64,000 nt of DNA from Azolla caroliniana (lineage: Eukaryota; Plantae; Polypodiophyta): assembly GCA_043228905.1 (NCBI GenBank), contig JBHGNT010000001.1, positions 4,092,001-4,156,000 of the forward strand, written 5' to 3'. Shown here piece after piece: positions 13,092 to 22,294 of the stretch (the first letter of the stretch is position 1; each line of letters begins with the position of its first letter). The notes under the pieces are model-generated. The model saw only the letters and a list, made by a program, of their open reading frames with translations, was not told the DNA's origin and made no database searches. A program made the position numbers and the translations under genes.

Positions 13092-14810
13092 TCAGGAGGA
13101 GTCGAGTTGAGGGAGGGGGTAGTCACAGAAGCGCGCATGCGTGAGGCACAGGAAGAGGCGCTCGTAGGACAGGCCCATCTTGGCGGAGGTGAAGGTCCGG
13201 GTGGCCTGCTGGAACGCCGCCTGCCCTTTCTCCGCTAGCGCCACCCTCCCCTCCGCCACCACCCGCTCCAGCTCCACCCTCAGCGACGCCGCGTTGGGGC
13301 TGAACGTGTAGCCCACTCCGCTCCCTTCGTACACCACGCTCCTGGTAATGCTGGCGAACCTGGTGGCCACCACGGGCGTCCCGGACATCATGGCCTCCAG
13401 CAGGGTGAGGTCCAGCCCCTGCGCCCTCAGCGTCGGGTTCACGAACACGTCGATCCCGTTGTAGAAGGCTGCCAGCTGCTCCGGCAGCATGGAGCCCAGC
13501 ACCTTGACGCACGGCGCCAGGTCTCGGTAGCGCACCGCCCATGGCCCGTCCCCGGCGATCAGGACGCGGGCCTTGCATTCCGACTCCTCTTGTTGGACAC
13601 CACCTCCTCCGACGAGCATCTTCTCCAGCACCTCTATGAGCAGCGGATGGCCTTTGTCCTTCACCAGCCGCCCGGCCACGCCCAGCACCACCGCGTCCTC
13701 GTCCACCACCCCCACCGCCCGCCGGAACGCCGCCCCGCGCTCCGCCCACGGCCGGAATATCGCGCCGTCCACCCCGCTCAGGATGACGTGCACGTTCCCC
13801 GTGGGGATCTCGTAGATCGTCCGCAGCACCTCCCCCACGTAGTCGCTGATCGCGATGTGGTGGCGGTAGTTGCCGAAGAAGCGGACCTCGTTGGAGACCT
13901 TGATGAGCCTCTCCGACAGCGTGCGCTGCAGCTCCGGGCTGCGGGACTCGTTGGCAGGGCGGAGGAGCTCGCTCACGATGTCGGAGTGGACGACCTCGAA
14001 TGAGATCCCGTGCCAGGATGCCACCACGTTGGGGACCAGGGCGGCGAACGTGTGGTGCAGGGCCACGCTCTCCGTGTGGACGATATCGAACGGGGTGGAC
14101 GCGTTGGCGCCCACGAATGCCGACCACGCGGTGGACGGGTTGTAATTCCAGGAGGCGGTAATGGGGTTTGGGGGATGCGGGTGGACGATGAGGGAGGAGC
14201 GGTGGGTATGGCTGAAATTGCCTGGCCCTGTGAAGACATGGACTTCGTGTCCGCGGTCGGCTAGAAAGCGGTGGAGGGTGTAGGCGTGCCGCTCCAGGCC
14301 GCCCGGGGTTGCGCCGGACGGCCATTTCCGGACGAAGACGGCGATGCGGAGCTTTAGTGGTGGTGGAGGAGGAGAAGAAGAAGAAGAAGAGGGGTCGTCA
14401 GATTCAGAAGGTGGGCCGAAGGAGAGGTAGTTCCAGGGGGTTTGGAGGAGGAGGAGGTTGCGTGGTGGGGAGTTGGCGTTTGGGGGGGCGACGGGGGGCG
14501 GCAAGGCGGAGGCGACGAGCAGGGGATTGTTATTATGGCCGCCGCCCAGGAAACGGGCGGCGGCGGAGGAGGAGGAGATGGAGATGGTTTGCTGGAGCAG
14601 GCAGGAAGTGTTTAGGAGCTGCAATGAGAACAGAACGATGAAGAAGATGGCACCGATGAGGAGAATGGCTTGTCGGAGGCTCCACACAAATGGTGACAAA
14701 TGGCGCTTCCCAACCGCGGCGGCGGCGGCGGCGGCGCCACCGCCACCGCCACCACCACCTGCTGCTGCTGCTGCTGCTGCGCCGCCTCTCATCAAACTCG
14801 CCTTCATCAT
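13092..14810 (-). CDS. Intronless glycosyltransferase family 4 (GT-B fold) type II membrane protein, ~572 aa
   Basis: ORF has an N-terminal TM helix (LLIGAIFFIVLFSLQLL) and a Pro/Ser-rich stem. It then shows KLRIAVFVRKWP..PGGLERHA, DIVHTES, GVAGRLVKDKGHP and FYNGIDVFVNPTLRAQGLDLTLLEAM (GT4 nucleotide-sugar signature). First in-frame ATG is at 14810; the ORF-track start at 14858 is a TTG. Confidence 0.9.
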   Translation of the reverse strand: MMKASLMRGGAAAAAAAGGGGGGGGAAAAAAAVGKRHLSPFVWSLRQAILLIGAIFFIVLFSLQLLNTSCLLQQTISISSSSAAARFLGGGHNNNPLLVASALPPPVAPPNANSPPRNLLLLQTPWNYLSFGPPSESDDPSSSSSSPPPPPLKLRIAVFVRKWPSGATPGGLERHAYTLHRFLADRGHEVHVFTGPGNFSHTHRSSLIVHPHPPNPITASWNYNPSTAWSAFVGANASTPFDIVHTESVALHHTFAALVPNVVASWHGISFEVVHSDIVSELLRPANESRSPELQRTLSERLIKVSNEVRFFGNYRHHIAISDYVGEVLRTIYEIPTGNVHVILSGVDGAIFRPWAERGAAFRRAVGVVDEDAVVLGVAGRLVKDKGHPLLIEVLEKMLVGGGGVQQEESECKARVLIAGDGPWAVRYRDLAPCVKVLGSMLPEQLAAFYNGIDVFVNPTLRAQGLDLTLLEAMMSGTPVVATRFASITRSVVYEGSGVGYTFSPNAASLRVELERVVAEGRVALAEKGQAAFQQATRTFTSAKMGLSYERLFLCLTHARFCDYPLPQLDSS

Positions 14811-16935
14811 CAAATATTTACCTCTCTTCTTCCCATGCGGGAGGTTGTCTGTCACCAAACTCTTGTTTTTCTTTTCTTTTTCCTTTTTTTTGGCTTGGGC
14901 CCTCCTCCTTAATGCCTTCTAATCCCTCCCAACACACCCACTTTACAGTAAAGTACAGTAAGTAAAACGCACACGCATGTACACAAAACGTGGTGTTGCG
15001 TGCGTGTGTGTTTTCCGCTTTTGTTCTGATTAAAATTTTGAGACAAAACTCTGAAAATGCCCCCCACCCCACCCCACCCCTCTCCTTTTTCTCTTTGCAT
15101 TTATTTTACTGGCCATGGCTCCCGATCGTATCTATCACACAAGATCGTCATCGAATCAGCCAATGCTTCGAGGAAATGTCGATGGGGTGCACATCCTACA
15201 AGAGTTTCATCCTCCTTCCTCCTTCCTTCTCGAATTGTGACTTTCTCTTTTCGCGTTACCCTCCTTGAAGATTGTGATTTGGTCCTTCCCCCCAAAAGGA
15301 AAAAAAAAAAAAAGGTTTTACAACTTCCTACATCATGAGACATGAGTTATTCCAAAGTTGCTCCTATCTATCACCCACGATGCGCGACATGGGTAATTAT
15401 ACCTCATGTTCTTCTCTTGTGGTTTAATTATTAATATAACGTAATCCGGTATTGACCATTCTCAACTCGATGTCACTCATTGCTTCAAATGTATCTAGTC
15501 AATGAATTGTAAAGAGATTTCGAATTTCTTCGACCTTGTAACAAATTAGTTGCAATGCTCTACCTCGATTATATTTATTTCACATTATCTACATTTACCT
15601 TGTGGCTTATGAATTAATCACCTTATCTTATCTCCACACAAATGCATTAGTCTTTATGAATGAAATAAAGGCTGGAATTTTTTTACATTGCTCTTTTTGG
15701 CTATTCATTGTTCTTTATCTAACTCGTTATTGTGACATGTATTATCATTGAGCTCTCAACTAACTATATTTAGCCACATTGCCTCTCATTTACATAATGT
15801 TACTATGCACCTTGTGACATGGGTAATTTAAATGCTTCTTGACATGTGTTAAGTTGTATATACATTGGAGAGTGTATCATATATGATGTCTCCATGACCA
15901 ACCAAATATTATCCCCCATCTATAAAACTTAAAAAACATTTTAGAATAATTTCTCCGTATGGTTCATCTACCTTGTGAACGACACAAAAAATAGTTCTTA
16001 GTTCTTTGAACATGGTCAAAAAAGAATGTTTATTAAACTTGTAATGTTCATAGCCGAGGGAGAAAAGTAGGTGAACATAACATTTTACAATGATGCATGT
16101 TAATGAACATGCTTGTATGTTAAAAATATTAGATTAGACATTCGTTGTCTAAGGAGGCACATCAAATTATTTTACAAATTTTGTTGCAATTTGAAAATGA
16201 TACTACCAAATCATTTGTGCATGCATTCAACAATCTCAATAGTTTCACACTGCAAATATGTATTCCTTATGTCCTCGTGGAAGGTTGGTAATAAAGCCAT
16301 AATCTCATACACATTATCTAAATTTAAACAATGGTTTAATGATAAATGTGGTGCCCTCTAATTGATTTAACCTTCGCGTAGGTTTTGTAAGGTTGCATAA
16401 ACCATGTTATATTTCGGTTAACAATACATATATAAACATGATAGCTTAATGATAACCTGTGTTATGCAATACAACTAACTTCATTGTATTTTTGGGCACC
16501 AGAAGAAACGTGCTCATACTTCACTCGTAAAGTGTGGCTTTAGATACTCACGCTCCCAACAAATATAACGGCTTTACAATTCCACTTTCCACAACTCACG
16601 GGTTGAGAACGATGATCTTCTTGATGTTTGCAACCATCAATACATACGTGCACACATACATATGTCACAACAAACACCAACTTACTTATTCACAAGTAAT
16701 AAAGTATAAACCATGAAACAATTATGCATTTTTGTTAGCGTTATTTTTCAATACATTATTATTATTTTATTGATGCATATATTACCAATGAGAAAGCAAA
16801 AAATTAATATAAAATTTTAGTGCTCAATAGCACCCTAAATGTTTCCCATAGTTATTTAGTTATATTTAAACATTGAATAGAATTCTTCTATAATATGGCA
16901 CATGCAAATGCTTTCTCTTCAACATTAACGGACAA

Positions 16936-17172
16936 TGTTTTGTTTCTTTTCTATTTCCATAAATGATCACATCCAAATTCTTACATCTTCTATTGATTCC
17001 AAAACAATCCTTCACGGTGTTTTGTTTCTTCTCTATTTCCATAAATGATCACATCCAAATTCTTAAATCTTCTATCGATTCCAAAACAATCCTTCACGGT
17101 GTTTTGTTTCTTCTCTATTTCCATAAATGATCACATCCAAATTCTTACATCTTCTATCGATTCCAAAACAAT
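16936..17172. repeat. 82-bp tandem repeat, ~2.9 copies
   Basis: Unit tgttttgtttcttctctatttccataaatgatcacatcc...ccaaaacaatccttcacgg starts at 16936, 17018 and 17100. Confidence 0.92.
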
Positions 17173-17696
17173 AATTGAAGTGCTAGACATCGAACCATAT
17201 GAATGACTAAGAACATTCATGAGGATTTGAAACAACACTTTCTTGCATTCTTCAAATGCCTTTCTTTTTGCACACTAATACCGCCCATATAAATATGAAA
17301 TCAAAACCTTTGCTACATCTACGTCTTTCTTAGATTGACAATACAAACTAAAAACTTTAACGCTTTGTTTCAATTCATAATTTTTAGATTTGTATTATCA
17401 ACGTCAGCAAGACATAAAAAGAAACAATATCAAGATCCATATAAAAATGTCTGCACTTCTTTGAAGTAAGGAAAATAATTCAATCCTAAAAAATTATTAT
17501 ACTCTAGAAAGGTGACAAATGAGGATCATACACGTTGATAATATAACTTCAATATACATATTCTAACATCCTACTTTTTAGATCGTGGCATTGATGACAT
17601 GAATTGAATATCCTTTTGATGTGATGTGATGTTTTGTAAATAACACTCTTGTTTGTCTAAATGATCTCAATTTAAAATGTACATGGACAATCACGT

Positions 17697-18975
17697 TGTC
17701 GTGGTATTCCGCGCGGATGCGTAGAAACGGGGCAGGACCACGGGGGTCTTGAACTGAGGAATCGAGAAAGGAGGAAGAGGTCCGCGAGTTGTGTACACAC
17801 AAACACCGTGAATCAAACAGAGAGGAGTAGGAAGGAGGTGGTCGTAGGTTTCAGACTCAATGCAGTACGAGAGAATAGCAACGCGAGAACGACACAAGGG
17901 AAAAAAAAACAACGTAAAGCAACGAAATAGATTGTCAATAGTAGTTAGGACGATGTCGCGTTGTTACGCGCGTGCGTGTAGAAGGGGCGGGACCACGAGG
18001 GTCTCGGACTAGGGAGTAGAGGAGAAAGAATAAGACATGATATGGAGGCTTAGCTCAAGAGGAGAAGAAGAAAGAATAAGATCACCACATAGAAGGAGAG
18101 ATCGGCCAAGGCAAGATGCTCAACAAGTTATATTAAAACGAACGAATGATTACAACAATGGTGGCCGCATGGGCCGCACCAAACGACTATGAGAAAACCC
18201 TAACCGAAGATGAATAAGGAAAACCCTAAACGAAACCCTAACCCTAAAACGGTAAGAACTCTAGACTAAGTGGTATACCTCTCATACGCAAAATAGGCAA
18301 CAACCTCATAAGTGACCCCTCCCTTCTTTTTATAGCCTAAGGAGGGAGGGACCTTACAATGTGGGATAAAATTTCCCCTCTTATTTCTATACACCATTTC
18401 CTAGTATACGTGTGCACATGTTGCACACCACCGACTTGCCCTTTCCACCCCGGTTTCCGCCTATGGACGAAAATCTTCACGCCAACGCACGTGTGAAGCG
18501 TAGGGAATACAACTGATTAGAGCCGGGAATAGAGCTTCGAGCTCTAGAGCAAACACACGGAAGAAAAGGGGATCTTTGGCGAGGAGCGCGCGAGCGTCTG
18601 ACGTGAACCGAGGGTTCCTCCCAGGGTTTGGTCGTAGAGGGTCGGAAGAGAACGAGTGAGCGAGCTACTTCTTCCTGTTCGGTAGCATCCTCTGCTTCTC
18701 AAGAAAAAAAAACGATCCCTCAAACAATCTGAGGCCGCCCCATTTATAGCACAAGGAGTAGCCGTTAGATCAAGTTTAATGACTCCTTGATATTCTCTCC
18801 TAGATTCTCTTCTTGATGTGGTCTCACTATCTCACCTTTGTTTCTCCGCCCCTACCCACGCGATATTAAATCCTCTAATAGTGTCTAACTTCCTAGTAAT
18901 CCACAAAACCTACCGACACCTAGTACTTACATAAATTAGTACAAAAAAAAGGGGTGCACTTGTACACACCTGCGT
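17697..18975 (-). mobile_element. Old, diverged family-W-like LTR remnant, interrupted by a solo LTR at 17954-18484
   Basis: Starts tgtcgtggtattccgcgcggatgcgtag...ggaccacggggg, a variant of the family-W terminus, preceded by ACGT. Its other end was not found. Confidence 0.55.
17954..18484 (-). mobile_element. Family-W solo LTR (subfamily resembling 54715-55400)
   Basis: tgtcgcgttgttacgcgcgtgcg...aatcttcacgcca termini; flanks ACGA / ACGC; internal AAACCCTA repeats and a TATA-like cttttatag. Confidence 0.75.
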
Positions 18976-19102
18976 TGTTGTGTTGTTATGCGCGTGCGTG
19001 GAGAAAGGCGGGACCACGGGGGTCATGGACTAGAGAGTGATGGAGCGTAGGAAGTCGTGCTTCACTGTTTCTGGGGCATCCCAGAGACACACCGGAAGCA
19101 AC

Positions 19103-19137
<35 letters not shown>

Positions 19138-20433
19138 TGCTTAACACCGACTCACGCACATGCACACGCACACTCGCACAACCCGACTCGCGCCTTATGT
19201 ACAGAAAACGCAGGAAAGGGTAAGCACCCGACGCCAACAACAACACGAATATACACAGACAAACGTATATATATATATATATATATATGAAGGGAAGAAT
19301 ACATTCCCGGCGTCGAGCCGGACTGACGTAGGTTATAGTAGTCGTCTGTTGTCAAACCGCCGTCGGGGAGCTCTCAGCTCGTCGCGCCGAGCAGGGTCTT
19401 GCACAGGAGGCCGAACCAAGCAACCCTAAGCGAAACATGCAGAAGGAGAAGAAGAAGAACCTAACTCTAAACCTAACGGTATACCCTCTAATGCAAAATG
19501 GGCAACCCTTTCACAAAGGGCGTTCCCTTCCTTTTATAAAACAAGGAAAGGGATGCGTTACAATGTGGGACAAATCCCGCCTTACATGGGATCGTCTGCC
19601 CCGACTTGACTACTCTTCGGCGCCATAAAGGCGCCCTCGATATTCACACTAAATGTACATGGGTGCGTTCACACGCTGCACCCCGTCAATGTAGCCAATG
19701 TTCCCGGTTTCCGCCTCTAGCCGAAATTCTTCACGACATCCGCCCCCACCTAACTGCACGTCCACCGGTACGTGCCAAATCCGGTTGAAGGGTGAGAGAT
19801 TTCGGCCGGTGAGAAACCGGTCTTTCGTGATCCGCATCCCGGCTCGCTACCGGTTCGACCCCTCGGCTTCGAGTCTTCCTTCGCGCTCGCCTCCCCGTAG
19901 GCTCGTTCGACCCGTCGATGGGTCCTCTGCCATGATCTCCGTAGTACGCGTACTTCCGTTGGCCCTTGTTCGGCCGTATGAACGCCCCGCTTCCCGCCGT
20001 ATGACCGATGTCATGGCAAGACTCGAACCCTTGACTTTATGCTACATGGGTCGAGCTCTTACCATTAGATCATGTATTGTAATACGTAGGATATTATTTT
20101 CATTTACATTTTATTATAGGAAATTAGTGTATATTCCAGATTTCTCTGGAACATTCTAGAAGCTTCAGGATTACTCCTGAAAACACTATAAAAGAGGGCA
20201 CTAGGCATTATGTTGAACCAAATTGGTTCAACACCAGTCTTAAGCCTCTTAGTCGATTTGTACTTATCTTTCATATAATATAAGAGCTGCTGTCATCATC
20301 TTATTTCCCTCTCTCTCTCTCCTCTTCTCACTTTCTCTCTCTCGGGAATCTTACGCAGTCCCGTCCTCTTAGTACTAATAGTACTACTCTTCTTAGTACT
20401 AATTCCATCTCTGTTTTAGTACTATTCCTGACA

Positions 20434-20447
20434 GTTTGAACCAATTT
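20434..20447 (+). other. Self-priming primer-binding site of the Tcn1-like element
   Basis: ttgaaccaattt right after the 5' LTR is complementary to aaattggttcaa (20220-20231), ~30 nt downstream of TATAAAA (20187-20193). There is no tRNA-type TGG PBS. Confidence 0.8.
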
Positions 20448-20502
20448 TTTCCTCTAGCCTACTTGTCACTCTCCCTCATCCTCCTACCCTTTTCCCTATA
20501 CT

Positions 20503-21660
20503 ATGGCTACTGTTAGCGCCCAAGAATACCAATCTGTTTTCTCCGAGCTACAGTGCCTAAAAGAAAAGTTTGTTGCCCTGGAACAAGAAAACCAACGGCT
20601 GATAGGGGATCTGCAACAAATCGCTCTAGAAAAACAACAAACGCAACAACAACATGGGGAGTTAGCGTTACGGGTACAACAACTCGAAGCAGCGTTGCAA
20701 CAACAAGGATCCAGTCCCCAAGGATTTCATAAAGAGCCCAAGATTGGACTTCCTGTGAAATTTGATGGAACGCGTTCGCAATTCCGGGGATTCCTTAATC
20801 AGGTACGCTTAGTCATCCAGATGCATCCTTCCCGATATCCCACTGATGCATCTCGAGTCGGCCTAATAGGCACGCTACTTAGCGGCTCAGCCTTGGCATG
20901 GTTTGCTCCGCTTCTAGAAAAACAATCACCCTTACTTAATAACTTTGAAGATTTTATTGGTGAGTTTAAAGCCTGCTTTGGAGACACCGACAGCATCAGG
21001 ACGGCGATCAACAAGATCCGGCGATTGCGTCAAGGCGATCGTCCAGCCTCTGCCTACGCGGCGGATTTCCGCCTACTTGCTTCAGATATACCCTGGGATG
21101 ATCAAGCACTAATGGAGCAGTTTCGCTATGGCTTGCGAAACGATGTCAAAGATCTACTTCTAACTTTCCCCGAAGAACCAAAGTCTCTTACGGAGGCAAT
21201 CAGTCGAGCAGTTCGATGTGACAACCGCCTTTTTGAACGGCGTTCAGAACGTCAATTACAGATACCACGCTCTAGGCCAGAGCCCACTTACGCCGCAGTC
21301 GCGGCTAAACCGTTTGCACGAGACACACCTCAAGCAAATACTTCGACACCGATGGAGATCGATACCATGCGTCGACGCGGCCCGTTATCGGAAGAAGAAA
21401 AGCAACGACGACGTGCCAATCGATTATGTCTTTATTGCGGTGGACCAGGACATATCGCCATCAATTGTCCCCATAGGCCAAGAAGACAGGTAAATCAAAT
21501 CGTCGCCTGTACTAAACCCGAGTCAATTCTTCCCTTTGGAGTATCTGATAGTATTAATAGTACTAATAGAGTGTCAGATAGTATTCATAGTACTAATAGC
21601 CCAAGTATCTCAAATAAATTTGAAATCCTTAGTCAATTAGATGAAGAGTTAAACGATTGA
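20503..21660 (+). CDS. gag: Gag of Tcn1-like chromovirus (coiled coil, capsid, CCHC knuckle)
   Basis: 385-aa ORF with KFDGTRSQFRGF, LRQGDRPASAYAADF, PMEID and CLYCGGPGHIAINC. Confidence 0.92.
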   Translation: MATVSAQEYQSVFSELQCLKEKFVALEQENQRLIGDLQQIALEKQQTQQQHGELALRVQQLEAALQQQGSSPQGFHKEPKIGLPVKFDGTRSQFRGFLNQVRLVIQMHPSRYPTDASRVGLIGTLLSGSALAWFAPLLEKQSPLLNNFEDFIGEFKACFGDTDSIRTAINKIRRLRQGDRPASAYAADFRLLASDIPWDDQALMEQFRYGLRNDVKDLLLTFPEEPKSLTEAISRAVRCDNRLFERRSERQLQIPRSRPEPTYAAVAAKPFARDTPQANTSTPMEIDTMRRRGPLSEEEKQRRRANRLCLYCGGPGHIAINCPHRPRRQVNQIVACTKPESILPFGVSDSINSTNRVSDSIHSTNSPSISNKFEILSQLDEELND

Positions 21661-21702
21661 GTCCAGCCAAAATAGGAGCCATTTGGTTGGACAGCAGCCC
21701 TA
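21648..21702 (+). other. -1 programmed ribosomal frameshift signal (G_TTA_AAC plus hairpin/pseudoknot)
   Basis: Pol is in the -1 frame relative to gag. Heptamer at 21648-21654, 6-nt spacer, 11-bp stem 21661-21671/21682-21692; the loop can pair with 21697-21702. Confidence 0.75.
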
Positions 21703-22294
21703 GATCTGTACAGCCCATTAGTGGTTCCATTCCTTCCAAGCAAGTTAGCAATGTGTTCCTAGCCCAAGTCATTGTTAGTACTAAAAGTACTCCCCCAGTA
21801 CCCGTCCTAGCACTTTTAGATTCCGGAGCTAATTCCTGTTTCATGGATCGAAATTTTGCCCAAGCTTCTCAGATATCCTTAAGAAAACTTCCTTGTCCCG
21901 CATCTGTAGTGGTCATTGATGGTCGTCCCATTGCTTCCGGGAATATTGTAGAAGAATCAGAACCCATTCAAGTTGTCCTAGGTAGTTTTGTGTGTATAAT
22001 ATCATTTAATATAATTAGTAGTCCAGAGCATCCCATTGTCCTAGGATTACCTTGGCTTGAATTACATAATCCAGCCATAGATTGGAGAACAAGAGAAGTC
22101 CGATATCGACCACCCCAAGAATCAACTCACCGAGTTTCGACCATTTCACTCCATCAACTACGCGAAGAAGGACCCAAGGAGGCAATGTTCCTATTTGCCA
22201 TATCAGTACATCCTTCTAGTACTATTAAGAAGGACTCCTCAATACAACTTCCGGCAAAATATCATCCTTATGCCGATGTATTTGACAAGGTAAA

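Noticed and set aside
13123-14325. 400-aa alternative-frame ORF and several antisense ORFs overlapping the GT4 gene
   Set aside because: Arg/Pro/Gly-rich shadow ORFs expected from very high GC3; no recognisable motifs.
16936-17172. Possible CRISPR-like array
   Set aside because: Units are contiguous and near-identical with no unique spacers; eukaryotic context; no cas genes.
18195-18248. Interstitial telomere
   Set aside because: Only a few scattered AAACCCTA words within an LTR, not a tandem TTTAGGG array.
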